DNA from: Polyangiaceae bacterium
GTDB taxonomy: Bacteria > Myxococcota_A > Polyangia > Polyangiales > Polyangiaceae
DNA length: 37,636 nt
Reading direction: 5' to 3'
Assembly (NCBI GenBank): GCA_044222475.1
Contig: JBGANF010000078.1
Span: 1-37,636 of the forward strand
The translations under genes and the position numbers were made by a program. Positions 10,323 to 19,642 of this stretch are shown one piece after another; position 1 is the stretch's first letter; every line of letters begins with the position of its first letter. The notes beneath the pieces were generated by a model. It was given only the letters and a program-made list of their open reading frames with translations, was not told the origin of the DNA and did not search any database.

Positions 10323-13300
10323 CGCAAGCGATACCTTCCACTTCCGAATGTGGCACGTCCGCCGCCTTCCGGCACTGGCTGAAAGCGCGCCGCCGCGTAG
10401 TCGGGCGAGACCGCAAGGCGAAATACGTCAGCCAGGATGGGGTTCTCGGCGCAGCGCGGCTCGAGGTCCGCGAGCGACTCGAGGCGACCGCCGCCGGACT
10501 CGGCCAGGATGGCGCGGGCGGTGAGGACGAAGTCTCCGCACACGAACAGCCCCACGCGCCACACGCTCCGCTTGGCGCGGAGGACGGCGTCCTCGAAGCG
10601 GTCGGTCCGCGTCGCGAGGATCTCGGAGATGCGCCGCTGCGTGCGCTGCGACACGGAGCTCCAGAACGTCTCGACGAGACGGAGCCCCGACGGGTCGTCG
10701 AGCTTGCCTTGCTGCGGAGGCCCGAACGCCGCGTGCATCGCGTTCCAGAAGACGCGGGCTTCTTGCTCCTTGAGGCCGAACAGGAGCGCGCACGGCGCGA
10801 GTGCCATGGCCAGGGACCGACCGACCGCGAGCCGAAGAAGAGCGCTGTCCTCTCGTACGTCGCCGGAGACGGTCGCCGACGCGACCTTGAGCAGAGACAC
10901 GGAAGGCGTCGGCGGGCCGAGCACGCGGCCGCTGATCGTCCCGCCGGTCAATCGGAGCGAGCCCTCGCTCGGCTCGGCCGAAGGACGGCGCGCGTACAGC
11001 GGGACGTTCGGCGTACCGAGGAGAAGGACCGCGAGCTCGTAGATTCGAGCGATCGCGCTGTGACCACCGGGGACGACGCGCTCCACACCGGTCAGCGCGT
11101 AGCTCGCCGGGTCGCGACCGACGACCGGGGCGACGCCTTCCCAGAGGAGCCCGAGCGCCTCGCCGATGGGATCGAACGAGGGCCGAAGGAGCATGCCGAT
11201 CAGACCCGGTTGGACGATCTGGGCGTTGAGCGGAGGGGGTGCGTGCGCTTCGGCCAGCGAAGGCTCGAGCCCGTGGATCACGTGCGAGAGCGCGGCGGCG
11301 TGGACCGTGCTCCGGTCTTCGAGCGCAGCGTCGCGCAGGGCGGCGAGCAGCCGTGCGTTGCCGGGAGCGGCCTCGACCTGAAGGCGGCGGATGCGCAGAG
11401 CGTCGTGTGCACGCCCCTCCGCGCGAACGCGCTCGGCCAAAAGATCGCCGCTCTCGATGTCTCCGGCGACGAGCGCCTCGCCGAGCACTCGCTCGGCCGA
11501 CGCCACGTCTCCGCTCGCGAGGAAGCCCTGCGCCAGAGCACGCTGCGCGCGGTGGCGCGCCGGACCGGCGGGGGCCTCGGCCACGCGATGGGCGAGCACC
11601 TCGAGCGGTGGCGTCTCGACGACCGTCGTCGCGGAGAGCGGCGACGAGGACGGCGTGGGCGGTGACGAGGGGCCCCGCTTCGCGGCCTCGGGGATTGGCG
11701 CCGGTGGTGCCGGAACGGTGACGCCGACCGGCGGAGCGGCTTGCGTCACCGCGGCGGTGGAGACGGGCGCCTCGTTGACCGAGGGCGCGACCACGATGCG
11801 CGGCGTCGTTGCTGCTTGGTCCTTTCGTACGAAGGGCAGGTTGACGGGCACGGGCATCGTCGCCGAGATCGGTGGCTCCGACGACGGCGGCGCCGCGGCG
11901 ACCTCGACCGTCGGCGGGAGCAAGCCCGCGAGCTCTGCCCGCAGCTGGGCGGCGAGCACGCTGTCCGCCGGCGCTGCGGCGATCGCGTCGCGCATGGCGC
12001 GCTCGGCGTCGGCGCGGAGCTCGGGGGCACCGCTGCGAGCGGACGCCGCGAAGAGAAGCCGACCGAGCTGAGCGAGCGTCCCCGCGCGGTCCTCGGTGCC
12101 TTCGGCGAGAAGCGCTTCGAGAGCGGCGCGAGCGCGGATCACGTTCCCCGCTCCGGCGGCGATGCGCGCGATCTGACGCAGCGCCTGCGGCCGCGCGCCC
12201 GCGTCGGCCGAAGCGCGCTCCAGCATCGACAGCGCGAGCTCGGTCTGGTCTGCGCGCACCGCGGCGTCCGCGCCCTCGAGCGCGAGCCTCACCGGCGAGG
12301 CGTATCCGAGGAGGTCCCCCGACAGCGCCGTCTGGAAGTGCGGCAGCGAGTCGACGAAGCGCCCCGCGGCCGCGAGCCTCGTCGCCATCCCCGCCGCGAC
12401 GAGCGGGTGCGCGCGCACGTCGCGGCTCGAGCTCTCGAGGAAGGTCAGCCCCGGCCCCGGTGCCGACGCGGCCGCGTCGAGCGCCTCGGCTCGCAGGAAC
12501 GCAGCGAGCGCGGCGTCGTCACCCGAGAGGACGACGGTGATCTCGTCGAGCTTCTGGATGGTCACCGCTGCGTCGTCGGCACCGCCCGGCCCGCGGAGCC
12601 GGTGCTCGAGCCCCCGCGCGAAGAGCTGCGCGCGGGCGCTGTGCGGCGACGCATCGGCTGCCTTCCGCGCATACTCGAGCGACCGCGCGGAGTCCCCTGC
12701 CCGCGCCGCCGCCTGCGCGGCTTCGATCCAGCGAGCGCTCCGGCGCTCCGCGTCGTCGGCTTCGAGGCCCGCCAGCGCGGCGAACCACTGAGCGAGCGAC
12801 GCGTCGTCGCCGCGCTCGCGGGCGATGGACGCGAGCAGCACGAGCGCGACCGGGTGTGCGCCCGCGTGCTCGAGGCACGCGCGCGCGAGCTCCTCTGCTC
12901 GTGCGAGGTCTCCGTTCGCCTTGGCGGCTTGGGCCGCGCGCACCTCGAGGTCGGCGCGGGTCGCCGGATCGCCAGCGAGCTTCGCGAGGTGGCGGAACAC
13001 GGTGAGCGCGCCCTGCGTGTCGCCTTTGCGCTCGAGGAGATCGCCCAAGTACCGCAGCACGCTCTCGTTGTTCGGCCACTCGGACGCGAGCCGCTGGAGC
13101 TCCTCGACCGCTTCGTCGAGCTGCCCCAGGCGCTGCTCGAGGATCGCGACGCGCCGTAGCCGCACGACGCGGAGCACCTCGCGCATCTCGCTGAACCGCG
13201 AGAGACGCGCCGCGCGCTTGGCGAGGTGCGCGGCGAGGCTCGCGTAGTCTCCGCGGCGCGCGATGAGACCTTCGATGGCGTGATCGGCCTCCTCGTCGTT

Positions 13301-16300
13301 GGGGTTCTGCTCGAGGACCTTCGCCCACGTCTCCTCGACGGCGGCGACGTCGCCGACGTCTTCGAGCGCTTGGGCGAGGCGCCGTTGGACCGCCGCTCGG
13401 CTGTCGCGCGGAACCCGCGCCTCGATCTCGCGCAGCGCCTGCGCGCGAATCGCGGCCGCCCCGGAGAGCGACGCGATCCGCTCCAGCGCGCTCCAGCGCT
13501 CGAGCGGTGCGGGATCGAGGATCGCGGCCTCGCGAAGCGCCGCGGTCGCACCGTTGACGTCGCCACGACCCTCGCGGAGGTGCGCGACCTCGGTCCAGTG
13601 GTTCGCGCGCATCGACGTCGAGAGCTCCTCGTTGCGAGCCTCGGCGATGCTGCGGGCCTCGATCATCTCGGACTTGCCGGTGCGCTCGAAACACTCGCGG
13701 AGGCGAGCTTCGAGGCGCGGGCGGGCGTCCGCCGGCGCGGCGGTGATCGCGGTCTCGAGGGCTGCAATCTCGTCGTCGGGGCGACCGTCGCGTCGCGCCT
13801 CGTCGGCGACCGCGAGGTACGCTTCGATGCGGCGTTGGGCCGGGACGCGCTTGTCGAAGCGGGCCCGCGCTTCGGCGAGGGTGCCACCGGGCGCCTGACG
13901 CGCCGCTTGATCCGCCGCGCGCAGGAGCGCTTGATCGTCGGGCTCGCGCTCGGCCGCGAGCATGAGGAACATCGCGCACGGCTCGGGGCGCCCCACTGCT
14001 TCGGCGATGGCTCCGAACAGGCGGAGCGCGCCGACGCCGACGTTCGCGAAGGGCTTCGCGATCAGCTCCACCATGCGGTCGACGGCGGACGATGCGTTGC
14101 TCGCCTTGGCGAACGCGGCGGCGTGCGGAATGAGATCGGCGTACTCCTCGAGATCCGCGTCGGTCCCGAGCGCTCGCTCGAGCGCGCCGAGCGCTCCGTC
14201 CGCGTCGTCGAACAGGCGCAAGCTGCGATCCGCGAACGACAGCGCCACCCGGGCGCCGTCGGGACCGTCGAGCTTCTCGGTGAGCGCTCGGTTGGCGCGA
14301 GCGAACCGCATCTGGAGCGCCGATTTCTCGTCGGGCACGCGTTCGATGAGCGCCTTCGCCGCATCGGCGAGCAGCGTGAGCGTCGACGGGACCGGCTGGA
14401 GAAACGCAGCCTTCAAATACAGATCGACGCGCTGCCGAAGCCCCTCTTCGTCGGCGCTGGCGAGCTCGGCGGCGCGGAGGAGCCATGCGGCGCGGATCCC
14501 TGACGACGCGGACGCGTCCGCGACCTCTTCGACGGCGTGAACCGCGAACGAACGCTCGCCGCTTCGCTCGGCGAGGCGCGCGAGCAGCTGGAACGTCGCT
14601 CCCTCCGACGGAACGGCTTGGAATGCGGCAGCCGCGTGCCGCAGCGCGAGGTCGCGCTCGCCTCGTTGATCGAAGAAGCGCGCACCGCGGAAATGGGCTG
14701 CGCGCCGACCGAAGCGACCGCGAGCGCGCTCACCGAGCGTGTCGTAGACGCGCGAGAGGTCCCGCGCGCGGCCGCCCGCGGCGGCGCCGCGCTCCGCGAC
14801 CTCGATCGCGCGCGTGAGCATCGGGTGGAGCGTGAGCGCCGACTCGGAGAGCTCGAGCGCACGCAGCGGCTCCCCGACCGCGAGCGCAGCGCGAGCGGCC
14901 TCGGCCGCGATCTGGCCCGCGCGCTCGGGGTCGGACTCGTGCGCGACGAGCTGACTGAGACGCTCGAGCGCTGGTCTCGACCCAGCGAACTTCGCGAGGT
15001 CGAGGCCGAGCTGCACGTACCCACCGGACGGAGCGATCCGCGCTGCTCGCAGCCATGCGTCTTCGGCCCCTCGATGATCACCGGCGAGATCCCAGCGCAA
15101 CGCGCCGAGCTCGCGGAACTGCTGGGCCGCGAGGGAGCGCGCCTCCGTCGCCGGTGCCGACGCGTTTCGCGATGCACCGAACCGCTTCGACGTCGGCATC
15201 TCCATCGCCATCACGGCGCGGGCCTCGGCGAGGTGGGCGTAGCACTCTTTGTGGCAGAGCTCGCCGTCGAGCCCGAGCGTGCGCTGATCGATCGCGACGA
15301 GAACGGACTCGACCGAGAACGGATCGGCGCCGAGGCGCAGCGCCGCCATCAGTGCGCGCACTGCGGCGTCGTTCTCGCCGAGGGCGAGCCGTAGTGAAGC
15401 GAGGCGGGTGAGCAAACCCACGCGATCCTCGGCGACGCCGCTGGAGGCGATGCGGCGCTCGACGATCGCGACGAGGAGGCTTCGATCACCGGCGCGGTCG
15501 GCGCACGCCTCGAGGGCGCCCGCGAGGACCGGCGAGCGGGCACCGAGGACGTCGAGCGCGCGCCGGGCGACGATCACCGCGCGCGCCGGGTCGATGCCAG
15601 CGAGCGCATCGAGCGCGGGGACGACCGTCTCGACGACCGCCGCGGCCGGCCAGGGCTGCGGGAGCAGCCACGCGATGGAGTCCCCGAGCCGCGCTCCGTC
15701 TCCGGCGCGCGCCGCTCGGTCGAGGAGGGACCGCGCCGCGGCGCGATCACCGGGGCGGAGCGCGACGAGGCGCTGAGTCCACGCGACCGCATAGTCGTGC
15801 TCGCCGAGAATGGCGAGCGAGCGCGCGAGCGCATCGCACACGTCGCCGCGCGCGAAGCCGACGGCGAGGCCTCGCTCCATGGCGGACGCCTCGACGCGAC
15901 GGTTGCGCTCGGGCGCGGTCGGATCGGTCTCCGGCGTGGCGGCGACGGCGAGCGCGAGCTCCACGACGCCGCGAGTCGTGCTCGAGTCGGTGCGGCATGC
16001 GAGCTCGGCGGCGCGACGAGCGGCGGTCCAGTCGCCGGCGAGACGGAACTCCTCCGCCGCCAGCGCCGCCAAGAGAGCCCCGGTCGCCGGTGCGGTGAAC
16101 GCCGCGAAGCGCTCGAGCGCGCGCGCGCGCACGACGCGGTCACCGGCGATGGCGGCGTCACGCCACGCGAGCGAGACCGCTCCGGGAGTCACCGTGTCGC
16201 GTTCGAGCAGAGGTTCGGTCGTGCGCAGCGCCTCGCGAAGGTCACCCTTGATGCGCGACGACGACGAGAGCGCCGCGCGAGCGTCGACCTCGTCCGGTGC

Positions 16301-17764
16301 TTGGAGCTCGGCGCCGACGATGAAGCGCGCGAGCCCGAGCGTGCGCGCGGGCCGCAGAAGCTCCTTCTCGAGCGCTGCGCGCCACGAGCGCGCCTCCGGA
16401 CCTTCCAACGGACCACCGAGCCGTCGGAGAGCAGCGGCCGCACCGGCGTCCTCGGCCGCGACCGCCAGGACGTGCTCCAGAGCCCACGCCTCGAGGCGCG
16501 GCTGCGCGAGCTCACGCGCGAGGTCGGCGAGGGCTCGCGCGGCGCGGACGCGACCCTCGGGGCGTCCGTCGAGCGACGCCGTCGCCCGCAGCAGCCCTTC
16601 GAGGAGCGGGAGATCGTCGCCGTGCGCTGCGCGGTGCGCGCGAAGCGCGTCGAGCGCCTCTTCGCTGTCGGGGTCGTCCGCGAGCAGGCGAACGTACGCC
16701 ACCGCGGCGCGCGCCGGGCTGCCGAGCGGCCCTTTGAAGAGCCGCGCCATCGTCCCGAACGCGCGCAAGCGCTCGTCGCGCGTGCCGCGCTCGGCTCGGA
16801 TCTCGAGCCGAGCGGCGAGCGGCTCGAGCATGCCGGCGCGAAGCAGCAGGTCGTCGAACGTGGCGCCGCGCGCCCCCTCGGTGGCGTCGAAGTCGGTGTC
16901 GAACCGGCCCAGGAGCGCGTGGCCCAACGCGCCGAGGATGTCCTCGTCGCGGAGCGCTCGGCGGAGCCGCTCCCCGAGCTTCGCCGTGCGCTCGTCCGGA
17001 GGAAGCTCGGCGAGGTGTGCGTGCATCACCTCGGCGGCGGCGAGCGTCTTCCCGCGCTCGCTCAGCGCTTCGGCGAGCGCGTCGGCCGCTGCGGCCGACG
17101 ATCGATCGGCCTCGAACGCGCGAAGCCTGTCTTCCAGCTCGGCCCCGAGCGAGCCGGCGGCTCGGTGACGATCGGCCGCGGCGCCGTAGCACGCGGCCGC
17201 GCGAGTCCCCTCCCCGGCCTGCAAGAGGAGCGCGCCCTGCAGCTCGAGCGGGACCGCGTCCGCCAAGTCGACGCGGGCGGCCTCCTCGAACGCAGCTCCT
17301 GCGCCCTTTGCGTCGTCCGCGCGCGCGAGGAGCACGCCGACGCGCGCCATCGTCTCGGCGATCGCCGTACTCGAAAGGTCGCTCCGCAGCACCATCCGGC
17401 GAAGCACGAGAGCCGAGGTGCCCGGCTCGCCGAGGCTCTCGAGCCAGCCCGCGGCGTCCTTCCTCAGCTCGGGATCGTCGTGGAGCTCGAGCGCGCGGAG
17501 GGCCAGCTCGATCGCCTCGTCGACGTCGCGCTCGCGAACCGCAAGGAAGCGAGCGAGCGCGGCGGCGGCCGCGTGCTGTGCCTGTGGATCCTCCGCGAGC
17601 GACAGCTCCGCGCGGAGCGACGCTTCCTCTGCACGCCCCTCGCGACGCTGGAGATTACTCTCCCCATCCGAGCCACCGGAGGACACCGGCGCTTCGGCGC
17701 GGATCCACGTCGGCGGTGCCAACGTGGCCCGGCTGTGGACGTTCCCCTCGTCGCTACCCGGCAT
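10319..17764 (-). CDS. Giant TPR/helical-repeat protein, 2481 aa, with a Pro-rich linker before the C-terminal domain
   Basis: Uninterrupted 7.4-kb GC3-biased frame with TPR-like units (e.g. WAKVLEQNPNDEEA). No signal peptide or transmembrane segment seen. Confidence 0.85.
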   Translation of the reverse strand: MPGSDEGNVHSRATLAPPTWIRAEAPVSSGGSDGESNLQRREGRAEEASLRAELSLAEDPQAQHAAAAALARFLAVRERDVDEAIELALRALELHDDPELRKDAAGWLESLGEPGTSALVLRRMVLRSDLSSTAIAETMARVGVLLARADDAKGAGAAFEEAARVDLADAVPLELQGALLLQAGEGTRAAACYGAAADRHRAAGSLGAELEDRLRAFEADRSSAAAADALAEALSERGKTLAAAEVMHAHLAELPPDERTAKLGERLRRALRDEDILGALGHALLGRFDTDFDATEGARGATFDDLLLRAGMLEPLAARLEIRAERGTRDERLRAFGTMARLFKGPLGSPARAAVAYVRLLADDPDSEEALDALRAHRAAHGDDLPLLEGLLRATASLDGRPEGRVRAARALADLARELAQPRLEAWALEHVLAVAAEDAGAAAALRRLGGPLEGPEARSWRAALEKELLRPARTLGLARFIVGAELQAPDEVDARAALSSSSRIKGDLREALRTTEPLLERDTVTPGAVSLAWRDAAIAGDRVVRARALERFAAFTAPATGALLAALAAEEFRLAGDWTAARRAAELACRTDSSTTRGVVELALAVAATPETDPTAPERNRRVEASAMERGLAVGFARGDVCDALARSLAILGEHDYAVAWTQRLVALRPGDRAAARSLLDRAARAGDGARLGDSIAWLLPQPWPAAAVVETVVPALDALAGIDPARAVIVARRALDVLGARSPVLAGALEACADRAGDRSLLVAIVERRIASSGVAEDRVGLLTRLASLRLALGENDAAVRALMAALRLGADPFSVESVLVAIDQRTLGLDGELCHKECYAHLAEARAVMAMEMPTSKRFGASRNASAPATEARSLAAQQFRELGALRWDLAGDHRGAEDAWLRAARIAPSGGYVQLGLDLAKFAGSRPALERLSQLVAHESDPERAGQIAAEAARAALAVGEPLRALELSESALTLHPMLTRAIEVAERGAAAGGRARDLSRVYDTLGERARGRFGRRAAHFRGARFFDQRGERDLALRHAAAAFQAVPSEGATFQLLARLAERSGERSFAVHAVEEVADASASSGIRAAWLLRAAELASADEEGLRQRVDLYLKAAFLQPVPSTLTLLADAAKALIERVPDEKSALQMRFARANRALTEKLDGPDGARVALSFADRSLRLFDDADGALGALERALGTDADLEEYADLIPHAAAFAKASNASSAVDRMVELIAKPFANVGVGALRLFGAIAEAVGRPEPCAMFLMLAAEREPDDQALLRAADQAARQAPGGTLAEARARFDKRVPAQRRIEAYLAVADEARRDGRPDDEIAALETAITAAPADARPRLEARLRECFERTGKSEMIEARSIAEARNEELSTSMRANHWTEVAHLREGRGDVNGATAALREAAILDPAPLERWSALERIASLSGAAAIRAQALREIEARVPRDSRAAVQRRLAQALEDVGDVAAVEETWAKVLEQNPNDEEADHAIEGLIARRGDYASLAAHLAKRAARLSRFSEMREVLRVVRLRRVAILEQRLGQLDEAVEELQRLASEWPNNESVLRYLGDLLERKGDTQGALTVFRHLAKLAGDPATRADLEVRAAQAAKANGDLARAEELARACLEHAGAHPVALVLLASIARERGDDASLAQWFAALAGLEADDAERRSARWIEAAQAAARAGDSARSLEYARKAADASPHSARAQLFARGLEHRLRGPGGADDAAVTIQKLDEITVVLSGDDAALAAFLRAEALDAAASAPGPGLTFLESSSRDVRAHPLVAAGMATRLAAAGRFVDSLPHFQTALSGDLLGYASPVRLALEGADAAVRADQTELALSMLERASADAGARPQALRQIARIAAGAGNVIRARAALEALLAEGTEDRAGTLAQLGRLLFAASARSGAPELRADAERAMRDAIAAAPADSVLAAQLRAELAGLLPPTVEVAAAPPSSEPPISATMPVPVNLPFVRKDQAATTPRIVVAPSVNEAPVSTAAVTQAAPPVGVTVPAPPAPIPEAAKRGPSSPPTPSSSPLSATTVVETPPLEVLAHRVAEAPAGPARHRAQRALAQGFLASGDVASAERVLGEALVAGDIESGDLLAERVRAEGRAHDALRIRRLQVEAAPGNARLLAALRDAALEDRSTVHAAALSHVIHGLEPSLAEAHAPPPLNAQIVQPGLIGMLLRPSFDPIGEALGLLWEGVAPVVGRDPASYALTGVERVVPGGHSAIARIYELAVLLLGTPNVPLYARRPSAEPSEGSLRLTGGTISGRVLGPPTPSVSLLKVASATVSGDVREDSALLRLAVGRSLAMALAPCALLFGLKEQEARVFWNAMHAAFGPPQQGKLDDPSGLRLVETFWSSVSQRTQRRISEILATRTDRFEDAVLRAKRSVWRVGLFVCGDFVLTARAILAESGGGRLESLADLEPRCAENPILADVFRLAVSPDYAAARFQPVPEGGGRATFGSGRYRLR

Positions 17765-17800
17765 GCCCGCCCACGATATCGCACGTGCGCAGGAAACGTC

Positions 17801-19642
17801 TCACCGGACGACCAACGCGTAGGGGAGAGCGCAGACGGTGTGCTCTCCGGACAGCGGCTCGAGAGCGAACGCGAAGGTGCTGACGCCCGGAAGCGCCCGA
17901 TCGACGAGCTCGACGATGGGGGCCGCCACCGCGCCCGAAACTGGTGCGACCGGCGCTTTCGAGCCCGCGCCGTCGTCGTCGGCGCCGCCCAGGACGTCCG
18001 CCAGGCGCGGGGCCCCGGAGTAGACGTGGACCGGCGCGTCCTCCGGGAGGTGGGCCCGATCCTTCGCCCGTGCGATCGCCGCCGACAGCCCACCCAACGT
18101 GTCGACGAGGCCGCGCGCCTTCCCTTCCTTGCCGCCGAAGATGCGCCCCTCGGCGCTCACCGCGATCTTCTCGACGGTGGTCTTGCGGCCCTCGGCGACG
18201 CGCGCGAGGAACAAGTCGTAGATCCCCTTCATCGAGTCGAATACGCGCTGGCGCGTGCCGTCGTCCCAGGCGACGAGCGGAGACTCGTAGGCCGCGCGGC
18301 TCTTCGCTCCGGGATCCTCGCGGTTCGCCGGGAACGTCTCGGCGTGAACGCCGATGCTCTCGAGCGCTTCGCCGAACCCGACCTTGCCGCCGACGACGCC
18401 GATCGATCCGACGATGCTCGTCTCGTCGGCGAAGATCTCATCGCCGGTCGACGCGAGGTAGTACCCGCCGCTCGCCGCCATCTCGCCGACGCTGACGATG
18501 ATCGGCTTCTTCGCGCGGATCTTCATCAGCTGATGCCAGATGAGATCGCTCGCGAGCGCGCTCCCGCCAGGCGAGTCGATCCGGAGTACGACGGCCTTGA
18601 TCGAGTCGTCTTCCTCGACGTGCTTCAGCTGGCGGTTGAGGCCGCGCTCGGTGATGCCGTCGTCGCCGCCGAACATCCCGCCCGAGTCTCCCATCGAGAT
18701 GCCGCCGACGGCGCGCAGCACGATCACCTTCGGCGTGTTGGAGTCGTCACCGGCGAAGACCTTCAGGAACTCGTCGAGCTCGGGCCCTTCGGCTTGGCTC
18801 CCCGTTCCGTAGCGAGCCTGCTCTCGGGTTGCGCCCGCCGCTTTCTTCGCGGCCGCGCGCGCTTCGTCTTCGTACGCGATCTCGTCGATGAGACCGCGGT
18901 CCTTCGCAGCCGCGGGCGAGAACGGCCCGTCTTCGGCCGCCTTCGCCACGTTCTCGCTTCCACCGCGCCCGTCGCGAATGCCGTCGAGCCACGAGCTCCG
19001 CAGGTCGACGAGGACCGCCTCGAGCGACGCGCGCGCTTCGTCGCTCGGTCCCTCGCGGGTGAGCGGCTCCTCTGCGCCCTTGAACTTTCCGACCTGGAGG
19101 ATGTCGATGCTGAAGTGGAGCTTCTCGGTGAGGAGCTTCTTCAAGTAGACGACCTGCGCAGCGAGCCCCACGCTCTCCACCTCGCCGGCGGGCGTGACGT
19201 AGATCTTCGTGCAGCCCTTCGCTGCGGCGAACAACGTCGCGTTGGCGAAGCCCTCCGCGTGGCAGTAGACGGGCATCTTCGCCCGCACCTCGGACAGCGC
19301 GAGCCCGAGCTCTTGTGCGCGCGCGAGCCCGAACGACGTGCTCCCGAAGCGCACGTAGAAGCCGGCGGTGTCCTTGTCCTTCTTGGCGACGGCGAACGCC
19401 TTGATGAGCGCGTCGAAGCTGCGACGCCGACCGGCCGGCGCCCCGAGCCAACCGACCTGCTCCTTCTCCGGGATGCCGACCGAGAGATCGAACACCGCGA
19501 GCGACGGCCCCGTCACCGGATCGGCGGGAGCCTTCGTCGACGACGAGCGCGCGCGCCCGTCGCAGGCGGAAGCGGCGAGCGCCACGAGAGCGGCGAGTGA
19601 CGCTCCCGAGCGCGCCCGACGAAGGACGCTCTTCGCCTTCAC
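17801..19642 (-). CDS. sppA: Signal peptide peptidase SppA (S49, long type), lipoprotein-anchored
   Basis: RIDSPGGSA, AASGGYY, GSIGV and GKFKGA motifs. GTG 19642 overlaps the upstream stop (GTGA). Signal ends LAASAC. Confidence 0.92.
   Translation of the reverse strand: MKAKSVLRRARSGASLAALVALAASACDGRARSSSTKAPADPVTGPSLAVFDLSVGIPEKEQVGWLGAPAGRRRSFDALIKAFAVAKKDKDTAGFYVRFGSTSFGLARAQELGLALSEVRAKMPVYCHAEGFANATLFAAAKGCTKIYVTPAGEVESVGLAAQVVYLKKLLTEKLHFSIDILQVGKFKGAEEPLTREGPSDEARASLEAVLVDLRSSWLDGIRDGRGGSENVAKAAEDGPFSPAAAKDRGLIDEIAYEDEARAAAKKAAGATREQARYGTGSQAEGPELDEFLKVFAGDDSNTPKVIVLRAVGGISMGDSGGMFGGDDGITERGLNRQLKHVEEDDSIKAVVLRIDSPGGSALASDLIWHQLMKIRAKKPIIVSVGEMAASGGYYLASTGDEIFADETSIVGSIGVVGGKVGFGEALESIGVHAETFPANREDPGAKSRAAYESPLVAWDDGTRQRVFDSMKGIYDLFLARVAEGRKTTVEKIAVSAEGRIFGGKEGKARGLVDTLGGLSAAIARAKDRAHLPEDAPVHVYSGAPRLADVLGGADDDGAGSKAPVAPVSGAVAAPIVELVDRALPGVSTFAFALEPLSGEHTVCALPYALVVR

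Noticed and set aside
15797..19600. 1267-aa plus-strand ORF and similar long ORFs (4879-7458, 26136-28628, 28644-31199, 12519-14486, 3029-4831)
   Set aside because: Antisense or off-frame shadows of real high-GC genes; Arg/Gly-rich with no recognisable motifs.
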